A stretch of 63,877 bases of DNA, filler included, from Octopus bimaculoides (GCF_001194135.2; 6 parts of 5 records of this genome joined end to end with filler, not necessarily neighbours in it), one strand, 5' to 3'; shown: positions 1 to 11,580, counted from the whole stretch's first letter. Translations and numbers: made by a program. Notes: generated from the sequence alone by a model not told the origin.

Positions 1-170
1 CATACATACATACATACATCTATATATACACACACATCCATGTGTGTGAGAGAGAAAGATTGAGAGAAAGAGAGAGAAAGAGAGAGAAAGAGCAAGAGAC
101 AGAGAGAGAGTGTGTGTGTGTGTGTGTGCATGTGTGCATGTGTGTATGTGTGCATGTGCGCGCGCGCGGG
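1..170. repeat. Compound microsatellites (CATA)n, (AG)n/(AGAA)n, (TG)n
   Basis: Directly visible simple repeats. Similar tracts recur through the window (e.g. 6645-6707 CA, 6932-7009 TATC, 7302-7375 ATA, 18162-18296 ATT, 25540-25625 TATC, 62830-63340 TC/TG/TA) and generate most YIYI/HTHT/SLSL ORFs. Confidence 0.95.
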
Positions 171-768
171 TGTAGCTCAATTGAAGACTGACCTCAAAAT
201 TCCAGTCAAGGCCACTATGAAGTAATGTGAAGCAAACGTCCGAATTATACCAACTGCTTACAATTTTTTTTCTTTTTTTCTAATCTTTCATTTGACACCC
301 AATCCGCAACAAACTTCCGTCCCGGTCATGTATACACTTCTAGCAGCAACATATTTTATAATTGTATTCCTAACGTCCTATATTTTGACGGGGGTGATAG
401 CAAAGACTTGTACAAGGACTAACCAGCTTTATTTCGTCTCGAATTCAAACATACCAGTTTTCGAGTTGGATGTCTGCACTTCTTTCTTTCTTTCTTTCTT
501 TCATTCTTTCATTCTTTCTTTCCCCGGCAAATGTGTATAGATTGTGAGTATAGTTCGTAAGTTTTGGCATGGTTTACTGAAATGAATTTATTATCCATTG
601 TTACCTATTTTTGTCCGACGCACTGTGGAAGCTTGTACATTGTCAGACGCTTTGACAGAAATAGCTGCCAAATTTTCCACAGATCAAACTCTACTACATT
701 TAAAAAGGAATAATGGCATATTGTAAGATGTAGTTCATATACACCATATTTGGAAAAGTTTGGCTTCA

Positions 769-876
769 AACTTCGGCACAGGCCCAGCAATTTCGAGAGA
801 GAGGTTAAGTCGATTGCATCGACCCCAGTACTCAACTGGTACTTATTTCATTGGCCTCGAAAGGGTGGAAGGCAAA
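769..876 (-). mobile_element. SINE family A (my label), 3' part
   Basis: Reverse complement of the AAGTACCAG...GGGGTCGAT...GGCCTTGTGCC segment seen in the 63587-63803 copy. Confidence 0.75.
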
Positions 877-1139
877 ATATTTTGTCGGACACTCGTTTTT
901 TTTTCTGCTTGAAATGTTATTAACAATAAAAAACGAAGGCAGCAAATTTAATTTTCCCATAGGTGAAACTTTTAACTGATTTGTTATGGTTAGAGTTCAG
1001 TGATGTGGACCTTATGCAAATCCTGAATCCATTGGGTTTGACTCAATTCGCATTAACCGCGAGTATCAGGGAACTCGTGACGGAGTCACGATCAACGGAG
1101 TAATAATCTTAATCCGTTACGCACCGCTCTACACTTGTC

Positions 1140-1430
1140 AAGCGTTTGCTTCCCAGCCACAAGAGCCCGTGTTCAGTCCCACTGCGTGGCACCTGGGTGT
1201 CTTCTACTATAGCCTTGGGCCGACCAAAACCTTGTAAATGGATTTAGTAGACGGAAACTGAAAGAAGCTTGTCGTATATATATATATATCTATATGTGTG
1301 TGTCTTTGTATCTGTATTTGCCCCCACCCCGCTTGACAACCAGTGTTGGCGTGTTTACATTCAAGTAACTTGGGGGTTCGGCAAAAGAGACCGATAGGAT
1401 AAATACCAAGCTTTAAAAAATAAGTCCTAG
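1140..1430 (+). mobile_element. tRNA-derived SINE family B (my label), 5'-truncated and cut by a gap
   Basis: GTTCAGTCCCACTGCGTGGCACC...GGCCGACCAAA...GTAGACGGAAACTGAAAGAAG, internal microsatellite and GGTTCGGCAAAAGAGACCGATAG, all matching the 31120-31660 copy. Confidence 0.85.
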
Positions 1431-4400
1431 NNNNNNNNNNNNNNNNNNNNNNNNNNNNNNNNNNNNNNNNNNNNNNNNNNNNNNNNNNNNNNNNNNNNNN
1501 NNNNNNNNNNNNNNNNNNNNNNNNNNNNNNNNNNNNNNNNNNNNNNNNNNNNNNNNNNNNNNNNNNNNNNNNNNNNNNNNNNNNNNNNNNNNNNNNNNNN
1601 NNNNNNNNNNNNNNNNNNNNNNNNNNNNNNNNNNNNNNNNNNNNNNNNNNNNNNNNNNNNNNNNNNNNNNNNNNNNNNNNNNNNNNNNNNNNNNNNNNNN
1701 NNNNNNNNNNNNNNNNNNNNNNNNNNNNNNNNNNNNNNNNNNNNNNNNNNNNNNNNNNNNNNNNNNNNNNNNNNNNNNNNNNNNNNNNNNNNNNNNNNNN
1801 NNNNNNNNNNNNNNNNNNNNNNNNNNNNNNNNNNNNNNNNNNNNNNNNNNNNNNNNNNNNNNNNNNNNNNNNNNNNNNNNNNNNNNNNNNNNNNNNNNNN
1901 NNNNNNNNNNNNNNNNNNNNNNNNNNNNNNNNNNNNNNNNNNNNNNNNNNNNNNNNNNNTATATATATATATATATATATATGTACAGCAACTAATCAGC
2001 AAGCCTTCCGTCATGGCCATTTTTCTCCTTTTTTTCCTCTTACTAATTTCTTTTGCAATGTTTGATCGATTATCTTTTCATCTCTCAATCAATATTCTTC
2101 ATTGTGCCCTTATCAAAGTGATCCTCCATTAACAAGTCTCCTACAATGTCCTCATTTTTTAAGTTATATATAAGAAACAATGACGCCGTAGTAGGCTTTC
2201 ATGGCAAAGTAGCGAAACAAACAAATTGCTGCTTGGCTAGCGTCGCTGGAGCTGACCTTAATTTGGCGTGGTACGTATAACAGGAGGGGAAATTTGTGGT
2301 AAAGTGTAGCCAAAATAGCATATACCCACCCAGGTAGCCTTAGCATTGCTCGGTACTGTTAATAGAAACGATGCTGACTTCAGGTGCCGAAATAGTTTTA
2401 ATCTCCTGTTCACGGCTGATGAAGGGGAAGTCTAGCAGTACAAGGTGCATGTAAAACATTAATAGAAAATTGTTACATGGTAACAACGTAGCAAACGCAG
2501 AACCAAATATTTTAATGTAGTGAGCGTTGCCTCTTCCGTTAAATCGTATAGGCTTCAGCCTTGCCGTTTATCCAACCACGGGGCCTGTAGCATTATTACC
2601 GTCAGCTTAATCGATTGTATCACTATACTACAAATTAATGACTTTTTACCAATATATGATAGTATTATTACGTTCCATAATTTTACAAGGCGTCGAATTG
2701 ACAAAATGATTGACGGTTTTTCTTCCGTATTTTTACGTTCTGAGTTCAATTCTTGTCGATGTATCACTAGGGATCAACAGTAACTATTTCTCATTCCTTA
2801 AAATTGCTAGTTCTCTACCTAAATCAGACCTCCTTTGGTTAAATAATATTTTGATGGCTTTTGTCAGGAGTAACTGAGGAACTTCCTAAGACATTCTTAT
2901 TCTCAAATCTTCCAGATGAAGATGATAGAATAATTTTATGTTTGTTGGAGAAACATTCTTAATTACAAGAATTTAATCATGTGGTTAGAAAGTTCCGGTT
3001 CATTCAGACTGCGCCTCACTCTAGGCAAGTATTTTCCCCCATTAAATATTCTCACATAACATCGTGTCGACCCAAGTATTGTAGGAATCAGATAAATGTT
3101 CCTGGGTAGTTTGATCTGTCAACCTCTTCGGTACTATCCCTGCCACTTTGATGCCTCTAACAGTAGCGCGTATTCAAACACAGATCTTTGGTTTGGGGGT
3201 AACAACATTTCTCTCTCTTCTCCCAAAAGTCCAAGTGACCCTGCTAGAAGATCGTGGTGGTGACCTTCTTCCTGCAAGTGATGAAAACCTCCAAACATAC
3301 AAAAATTGGAGAGCCTAAGGAAGAGATGGCTTACTTTAATTCCTAAAAGCGTGAAGAATCTACCATTTTTATACACGTTACAGTAATTGTACTTCTGTAA
3401 CTCATATGAAATCACGTCTTAACTAATTGTTGCTGATGAGGACTATGACCAGTTTCTTCAGGTTTTGGATGTTTCCATAACTACACTTTAGTTGCCATCT
3501 CGGAATGTCTTCCGAAGTTTTAATGTATGTATTCTACTCAAATTGTAGGCCAATCTTTAAAGAAAGCCACCGAAATCCGTATTTCGGAATGTGTTTGCAT
3601 AGTTTACCACGTCTCTACCACTCAAGGGTTAAACCTTTTTGACCAACACTTTTACCGGTGAGGGGTTCGGGAATTATGATTATACCTACAGATTGTTAAA
3701 ACACCAAGTTAATGTTATATATATATATATATATATATNNNNNNNNNNNNNNNNNNNNNNNNNTATGTATGTATGTATGTATGAATGTATGTATGTATGT
3801 ATGTAAATACACACACAACACACACATACATGAAACTACAGTGTGGAGACACGTGGCATCGTGATAGAATGTTGCATTCTCGATTGTAAGACTGCAATTT
3901 CAATATCTGGACAAGGGTGATGCGTTCTTAAGCACACAATTTTCTTTTCCCTCCTGATGTAACTATAATGATAAATTTGCTGATAAAGCCACCAGGAAAC
4001 ACTTTTGTTTTTCAGGTTGGGAGCTGATAAAGGAATTATATAAACAGAGTGTCACGTCTAATGATAATTAGGTATCAATCAAGAGTGATTTAATTACGTG
4101 TTAATGTCTTTTATCAAATAGATTAGATGAGTAGTCGAATTCAATCTTAATGTTGCAACTGTTTCTTTTTAGCAGTTAAAAAAATAAAATTAAACTATAA
4201 TAATAAAAAAAAACGTGCTTTTTAAAAATCTTATATCCTTTTCCCTTAAAACAGCCAAGTATTTCAATATCTATCAATCTATCATTGTTACGTCCATTAT
4301 CTCCAGAAAAGCAAATGAAATTTCGTTTCTTGCATACAAAAAAAACAACCTAAAAGAACGGAAATGAAAAAGAAAATAAAGCTTACGATTTCCTAGCCAA

Positions 4401-5117
4401 GATCTCAGAATCTATCAGTTTGAACATCACAGATTTATATAATTAGATCGATAAATTAACAAATTTGATCGATATATTTAACAACTGCTGATACTCAAAC
4501 TCGTGCTTGCTTGCTTCATAAAAAAATAATGCTACAATAAAGTTTTTCTTTAGTTTGAAAAGGATTAAAAAAAAGGAAAAGTATTATTTTCTTTTTGCAT
4601 TTTCTTTTCATTGTCAATAAAAAAAGATAAAGGTCAAAATATTAATTAACCTTCTTTTCTCTGATCCTTCCAGAAAGGAATGGAAATTCAATTACACAGC
4701 CACTGTTTCCATTATCTGAAGTTCTATACAGCTAATTACCATATTTCAATGGTACTTCCGGTTAATGAAAAACAAAGTGTGTTTTTAAACTAGTTAACAT
4801 GTAATAATCGGTAGATTAATCTGTGCTAACACGTCTCTTTATTTCTTCTTTAAACATTGATTTCTTGATTTAATTTCTTTTTCTCAGCTTTCATATGATT
4901 CCTTAGAAAGTAGCAGCAGTCTCGATCAGCGGAGGTGGGAGTGGGGGTTTAGGTCGACACAGCAGTTACATATGGTCGCTATTTTATGTAGGGAGCTGAC
5001 TACTTTTTTCGTTCCTGGTCATTGCCAAACTCAAGCAAAAAATAGTTTGTATCATGCTTACAGCCTTCCAGTGTGGCCATCGCAAAGATATTTAATTCAG
5101 TCCAATGTTGCCCGAAC

Positions 5118-5312
5118 TTCTTAAAATAGCAGCCAAATCGCCCTTTGTTTAATCATATCCTACTGTCTTAAAAGCTGGAAGGGCTCTTTGGTGAATATGG
5201 TCCCGAATGCTACCTTCGAAGATGGATCGGTCGCTGCTGGAATGCTATTATACATTGATCCACTTAATCAAGTTGGAGCTGGGTTAAACAACTACAACGA
5301 CGACGACGACAA
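5118..5312 (+). mobile_element. Degenerate dispersed repeat (SINE-like family D, my label)
   Basis: AAATAGCAGCCAAATC...CCTACTGTCTTAAAA and an (ACA/ACG)n tail. Reverse-complement relatives at about 40480-40560, 59430-59580 and 62140-62190. Confidence 0.5.
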
Positions 5313-5782
5313 TTTTCCCTGCGCAATCTATCTGTAAATAGTATACGATATAGAGTACATACTCAATACATATTATATGAAATATGGAATACCATATTAA
5401 CAAAAGAGTTATATTGGGATCCAAAGACAAACATTTAGTTTGGTTTTAATACAAATAAATTTATCTCGCGAATCCGTCGAGGTTTATTTTGTTGCTCCAA
5501 GAGAAATTAATGGAAAAGCTGACTGGAAATATTTTTAGACTGATTAAAATACAATTCAGCAATCAATAATTAATAGTATCTATTATCTGTTAGTTTACTT
5601 GACAGGAGCTGTGTTCGCGTGTTACGCTTTCAACAGCTTAAGTATACGGAACAAACTCAAGGACATAACTGAAAATATTTTATATGAAATAAGTTCAAAC
5701 ATGAGGCATTAAACACCTCTAATTATGGAACACAAACAAGGAAATAACGGAAATCTTTAAGGTAAGGAAATAAGTTCTAGTT

Positions 5783-5950
5783 TAGGGCGGCGGGTTAGCA
5801 GAATCGTTAGAATGGTGGACAAAATCCTCTGTGGTATCTGTTTCAACTCTTAATGTTCAACTTCTGCGGAGGTTAATAAATAGATTACCAATCAAACACT
5901 TGGGACGATAGTATCGACTTGATCCTTCCTCTCAATATTACTGATCTTGT
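5783..5950 (+). mobile_element. SINE family A, degenerate copy
   Basis: GGCGGCGGGTTAGCAGAATCGTTAG head, like the other family A copies. Confidence 0.6.
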
Positions 5951-5951
5951 A

Positions 5952-6145
5952 TGGCAGTGAGCTGGCAGTGTCGTTAGCACGCCGGGCTTTGTGGTATTTC
6001 GACCGGCTTTACATTCTGAGTTCAAATTCCACCGAGATCCACTTAGCTTTCATCCTTTCGGGATCGTTAAAATAAGTACCAGTTACGATCGACGTAATCG
6101 ACTTAATCCCTCCCCCGAAATGATTGGCCTTTGAAACCAATATTA
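5952..6145 (+). mobile_element. SINE family A, near full length
   Basis: GGCAGTGAGCTGGCAG head, B-box-like GAGTTCAAATTCC, CTTTCATCCTTTCGGG and AAGTACCAG, as in 63587-63803. Confidence 0.85.
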
Positions 6146-6271
6146 CCGGACTTGTACTTAAGGTGGAAACATTTACAGATCTGTTCGATCTGCTTTGTAC
6201 ACTTAATCTATTGCCTGATTTAATTCTACCCCACCCACGGCAGTCGGTACCTTTTGCAGATATTCACTTAC

Positions 6272-6388
6272 CAGCATTCGGATCAGGCGTCTTGTCTGGA
6301 AATATCTTCAGTTCTTCCACGCTGAAGATATTCTCACGAGGCTCTCCGAAAGGATCAAAGCTGCTGATCATTTCGGACGTGTAAGACA
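6272..6388 (-). CDS. Internal coding exon (117 nt, phase 1/1) of an unidentified gene: xSYTSEMISSFDPFGEPRENIFSVEELKIFPDKTPDPNA
   Basis: Acceptor gttgtttttatttag and consensus donor gtaagt. Only one of three frames is open, the length is divisible by 3, and the sequence is non-repetitive. Confidence 0.7.
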
Positions 6389-6643
6389 CTAAATAAAAAC
6401 AACAATAACGATAACGGTAATCCGCTGTAAACAAGCCACCCACACTACAGCAAAATATTCACCACCCGCTTTGGGGTTTTATCATAATATTCTCACTCAA
6501 ACAGTAAACCATTAAAATAATTAAGAATCACGAAGATCAAGTGGGTGGAATCTTTCCAGATCTCTTATTCAATTGGGCGATCGTTTGGTGAGAATATTTG
6601 GCCGTATTCCCATTAACATTTTACTCGAAAAAGTTTAAATGTG

Positions 6644-6707
<64 letters not shown>

Positions 6708-6930
6708 NNNNNNNNNNNNNNNNNNNNNNNNNNNNNNNNNNNNNNNNNNNNNNNNNNNNNNNNNNNNNNNNNNNNNNNNNNNNNNNNNNNNNNNNNNNNN
6801 NNNNNNNNNNNNNNNNNNNNNTTATATGGATTTTCGTATTTCGGGTGCAATAGTATCAAGTTGATATACGCCAAATAAAGAAGTATTTTGAATGAAAAAC
6901 GAAAATACTATTTTAGGATATATATTGCTA

Positions 6931-7009
<79 letters not shown>

Positions 7010-7302
7010 ATGAGTAACGCATTAATTCTGTTTCTGTCTGTCTCTCTCTTTCTTTCTGTCTGTATAAATGAACACGCTAGCACACATATACACACATGTG
7101 GTTGCGTACGAGTGAGCATCTATTTGTTAACATCTATAAAACTAATTCTTATAACTTTATACATACACTGAAACAGGTATTCTTATATAGAAATTTACTG
7201 ACGTAAGAAGATGCTAGGTTGCCTTTTTAAATAAAGCTAACCGCTTATATTATTCTACCTTATCTATCCATTGATATATTACACATACATGTTGTTTATG
7301 AC

Positions 7303-7375
<73 letters not shown>

Positions 7376-7379
7376 TTAA

Positions 7380-7790
7380 CTAGTATTGTTATTCTGGAAG
7401 ATTCTCGAATAGATCTTAATTGTTGGTTACACTTTACTTCAAAGCAGACGATAACAAATCACCAAAGGTTTCAAGTAGTTCCTTCTTCTCCTGTGACTCA
7501 AAGACACAATACTCTCCTTAGAATGCAAGCTGTACCCAACAATGCTGTCTTCTGGATCACTTTGAGCCTGACAACAACTCCAATATTCTTAATATGTTTT
7601 TCAAAGCCCTTAGAAACTGCTCCTAATGCTCCAATTACCACCGGTATCACCATTACTTTCCTCATGCCCCATAGCTTTCCTATCTCGTCCCACAGTGGCT
7701 GGTACTTTTCAATCTTTTCAGCTTCCTTACATTTCACTCTCGAATCGCTTCTCATGATATTAACGTGCAAATGGCTGAGCACTCCACAGA
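7380..7790 (-). mobile_element. R4/Dong-like (R2 superfamily) LINE 3' end, C-terminal part of the restriction-like endonuclease region
   Basis: KEAEKIEKYQPL...LWGMRKVMVIPVVIGALG...IQKTALLGTACILRRVL* (ORF 7498-7992), a motif set typical of the clade. A homologous peptide is encoded at 57600-58200. Confidence 0.85.
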
Positions 7791-7994
7791 TATGTGTATC
7801 CTTAATGTAGCTATCGGGGAGATTCAGCGTGACACAGAGTGTGACAAGGCTGGCCCTTTGAGATACAGGTACAACAGAAACTGGAAGAAAGAGTGAGAGA
7901 AAGTTGTGGTGAAAAAGTACAGTAGGGTTCGCCACCCCCCACCCCCCTGCCGGAACCTCGTGGAGTTTTAGATGTTTTCGCTCAAGAAACACTC
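7772..7994. mobile_element. Dispersed repeat (SINE-like family C, my label)
   Basis: TGGCTGAGCACTCCACAG...TTAATGTAG is shared with 21160-21210. GC-richer non-coding block abutting the LINE fragment. Confidence 0.55.
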
Positions 7995-8094
7995 NNNNNN
8001 NNNNNNNNNNNNNNNNNNNNNNNNNNNNNNNNNNNNNNTTAATTAATTAANNNNNNNNNNNNNNNNNNNNNNNNNNNNNNNNNNNNNNNNNNNN
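7995..8094. other. Assembly scaffold join: 44 N + TTAATTAATTAA + 44 N
   Basis: Same 100-bp structure at 18003-18102, 41138-41237, 49626-49725 and 62574-62673. The 12-mer is palindromic and has stops in all six frames. Confidence 0.97.
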
Positions 8095-8775
8095 TATATA
8101 TATATATATAAATACATATATGTACATATATATATACACACACACATACACACACATACGCACACACATACACACACACATATATATATATATATATCGT
8201 TGTATGCATTTATGTTCGTATATATGCATGTCTATGTATGCATATGGAGAGAAGTATGAAATCATTTCTTGTCAACTGAGAATTACATATGATAAACAAC
8301 TGAAGAAAAAAAAACTGTAACATGCCATTCAATTATGAAACAAAAAGAACAAAACGAGAAAAGATAACTTGTTCTGTCTCATGGATGAGGATCTGTTTGT
8401 ACTAGTATGTGTATGCTGATATATGATAGAAATACACACATACGTACATAGATACATGCATGCAAACATACATAATACATGCATTTAAGCATATTTCTAG
8501 TCATAGCTTGATTAAGGTTTTGTATCCGTAAAGAGCACAGCCCCATGGACGACTCGTCAGACTCTAAAAGCGATTTAAGGCTGCGTGACCATTTGTCACA
8601 CTATGGCCGAAGAAATACTTAACTCCAAACAAATACTTTGTTTCTCTATGCTTTAGAGTATGCACTTGTAACGATATATGATACATTGACAATATATATA
8701 TATATACATATATATATATACATATATATATATACATATATATATATACATATATAAGAAATACGCACTAATATA

Positions 8776-9060
8776 GGTTCCTAATATGCTAGAAGAAGAC
8801 GCCAAATCGCCTTACCACGAAGAATATGTTCTCAAAAATTTTAGTAGACGCCAGAATGTATGCGAGCAAGACAAATGAAGGGCTACTGATGATCACGTTA
8901 GATATCGTTGATAGCGAAATCTTAAAGTATGGAGTTAATTTCTCTATTTTGTCTCTTTTCGTTTGTCTTGCTCACATACATTCTGGTGTTTGCTAAAAGT
9001 TTTCGAGAACATATTCTTCCTGGTAAGGCGATTTGGCGTCTTCTAGCATATTAGGTATCC
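8776..9060. repeat. Foldback element: about 105-bp inverted arms (8776-8880 / 8956-9060) with a 75-bp spacer
   Basis: CCTAATATGCTAGAAG...ACGCCAAATCGCCTTACCA...GAGCAAGACAAA is present in both orientations with about ten differences. Confidence 0.9.
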
Positions 9061-9281
9061 AAATTGGTGGCTGTTCCTCTTATTTATCTATGTAATATAA
9101 TCCATAATGTTCGAACATATTTTAAGTATGCCAGCCACTGGTTTTAAATAATATTAATTAATATCAATTTCTACCCTCATTATTTAACACACATGCATAT
9201 ATATGCATGTATGTACCTAACAAACACACTCTCTTTCACACACACGCACACTCACACACACATATATACAGCACCACTCAC

Positions 9282-9362
9282 ATGCCCAGGCATAATCAAT
9301 AAAATAAGTTGCGCCTTGGTGGGAATGAAACCCAACATTTGGACTGACGTCTTCAAGGAAAA
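9282..9362 (-). CDS. Candidate 81-nt phase 1/1 exon: xFLEDVSPNVGFHSHQGATYFIDYAWA (C-terminal part of a PAN/apple-like domain)
   Basis: Pyrimidine tract ctttcattactttctctgttgacaag, perfect donor gtgagt, open frame. Confidence 0.55.
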
Positions 9363-10111
9363 CTTGTCAACAGAGAAAGTAATGAAAGACTGCAGAGTTT
9401 TTAAGTACTCTAATTTAGAATAAGACTTTGCAGGCAAATTTTCTAACCTAGTAAATATTAAACTCTACGGTCTCTCAATAATTTGTCTCCTGGAGAGTTT
9501 TCCCCGAGGAAAGACGTTGTCCGAAAGGTTGGGAATTCTATATTTCCCTTAAGAAATTGACGGCAATCATTTTATCCATTTTTTTTTCAACGTTTATTCT
9601 TGAAGTGTTTAGTGTTTTAATTAAAAAAGATTATTTCTTTAAATTTTTAATTTTGTTTCTGCGTTTGCGTTTATTAGTTTTTCATCTCTTCTAACTTCGT
9701 GTTTCTTTCACAATCATTCTCTATCTCATAAATTATACTGATGCCTTTTTCCTGAGTGTCATAATTAAGGTCTTGTTTTAACTTTTATCGTATATTACTA
9801 TATAGGTATGTATGTCGATATACGTAAGAATGTGTCTGTGTGTGTTTGGGTGAAGGTGATATATATATATATATATATANNNNNNNNNNNNNNNNNNNNN
9901 NNNNNNNNNNNNNNNNNNNNNNNNNNNNNNNNNNNNNNNNNNNNNNNNNNNNNNNNNNNNNNNNNNNNNNNNNNNNNNNNNNNNNNNNNNNNNNNNNNNN
10001 NNNNNNNNNNNNNNNNNNNNNNNNNNNNNNNNNNNNNNNNNNNNNNNNNNNNNNNNNNNNNNNNNNNNNNNNNNNNNNNNNNNNNNNNNNNNNNNNNNNN
10101 NNNNNNNNTAT

Positions 10112-10545
10112 ATACAACCAACAGAGACACTCGACTACATGAGCTAAAGGATATTCTCAGCACCAGGAACTACCCATCTACACTAATTGACACATGCTTT
10201 CAACGAGCCTTCCAGCTGAGCATCCACGAACTCAGACATCCCAAATTAAAGAATGTCTTACAACTAAAAACCCTACCTTACATTTCGACATACAACCCTC
10301 TTAACAACGAAGCCTTCGACACCATACTTCAAAACATTCCCCTACTAAAAACGGACCACAAAATGAACTTAATCCTCCAAACACACACCATTATAAAAAG
10401 CAAGAGACAGCCCAAATCTATGAAAAATCTCATAACACAAGCTCAAATACTCTCAACAAAAACACTGAAGCCGTCAGTAAAAAAAACTGCGGTAGACCCA
10501 ACTGCGGAATATGCATCAATCTAATTGAGAGATCAGAAAGAGCAA
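10112..10545 (+). mobile_element. Penelope-like element fragment (RT C-terminal region and Cys linker preceding the GIY-YIG nuclease)
   Basis: RDTRLHELKDIL..RNYP..LI....QRA, LPYISTYNP, KRQPKSMKNLIT, then after a frameshift CGRPNCGICINL (Cx4Cx2C linker). Confidence 0.8.
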
Positions 10546-10976
10546 CAACAGCACAAATGTTGCGCTTGATATGTTAGAATGTATCCTTTCGATGCGTTGT
10601 CCAAGCAGTAGTGCATTCCAAAAACCGAGACAAGTAAAAGAAGAGAAAAGTTATCATATTAACAGTAGAAGTGTTAAAAGATTTAATAATATATATTTGA
10701 TATAGATGGATTCTAAGACGTCCCACTGATACAAAAATGGCACGACAAATATATTTCATCCTGAAACGTAAACAAATGATGTCATAATTTGGTGGCACCA
10801 TCGACCAAACGAACTGCTTAGTATATATAAGCTCATATGGGTATATCGCGATGCGTGACTAGACAGAACTACTACCTATTATATATATATTTATATACAT
10901 GGCCATTTAGCAAATTCTTCAGGGAACGAAGATTAAACGTAGTGAATCGCATACGTCTGCGAGGTAGAAAACTGAC

Positions 10977-11167
10977 ATTCACAATCACCTTCAAATGGTT
11001 CGCGCCAAAGTGACAAAGAGTGACAGGATGCCCGAAAAATACATTGCGCTGAACATTCATTACTGTTACGAGAGAAGCCAATATCACATGGATAAATTTG
11101 CTGATCAATGAGCTCCAGAGCATAGAACGAATTGAAAATGATGCTGATATTGTATACACTTGCATAT
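10977..11167 (-). CDS. Candidate Cys-rich exon: ..IDQQIYPCDIGFSRNSNECSAQCIFRASCHSLSLWREPFEGDCE (PAN/apple-like); 5' boundary uncertain
   Basis: ECxxxCxxxxxCxS...C spacing in ORF 10933-11196. Donor AAT|gtcagt at 10977 is phase 1, compatible with the 9362 exon. Confidence 0.45.
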
Positions 11168-11305
11168 CTATAGCTGCATGTATGTATGTATGTCATTATT
11201 TAGTTTTATTTCAAAACATCTTGACAATAGAGAAAGAATCGGTTTCTAATCTAGATCCAAGACATCTTCATTAAAATTTCAAGAACAGAGTATCTTTGTT
11301 TGTAA

Positions 11306-11338
<33 letters not shown>

Positions 11339-11546
11339 TGTATGTATGTATGTATGTATGTATGTATGCATGTGTGTATGTGTGTATGCATGTATGCATG
11401 TGCAGATTTGTATCCGTAATGTATGTATTCTCATGCATATAGTTGTATATGTATGTATGTGTTTATGTATGTATGTATATATGTATGTATGGATGGATAG
11501 ATGTTTTTGTATATGCATATATATGTATGTATACATTATATACACG

Positions 11547-11580
<34 letters not shown>

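Noticed and set aside
292-540. ORF with a signal-peptide-like start from ATG 328 (MYTLLAATYFIIVFLTSYILTGVIA)
   Set aside because: Hydrophobic runs are expected in AT-rich DNA; the frame runs into a (CTTT)n repeat and has no good donor.
1012-1110. Octamer ATGCAAAT and twin small hairpins (TCGTGAC/GTCACGA; AACGGA/TCCGTT)
   Set aside because: No recognisable snRNA or other RNA body; short motifs are compatible with chance.
2164-2432. Possible small exons on both strands, and CTGATGA at 2414
   Set aside because: Conflicting frames, weak donors, no recognisable peptide; no GAAA or stem II to complete a hammerhead.
2866-5710. Acceptor-plus-short-frame candidates (2866 GVTEELPK.., 4888 LSYDSLESS.., 5607 GAVFACYAF..)
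   Set aside because: Only an acceptor and a short open frame; the 4888 frame runs into a SINE-like repeat; no mutual support.
8520-8565. CTGACGA on the minus strand with a short possible stem II
   Set aside because: No GAAA after the stem; not a complete hammerhead.
6272-9362. Splicing the 9282 exon to the 6388 exon (phase compatible)
   Set aside because: The join crosses an artificial scaffold linker, and phase agreement has about a 1-in-3 chance.
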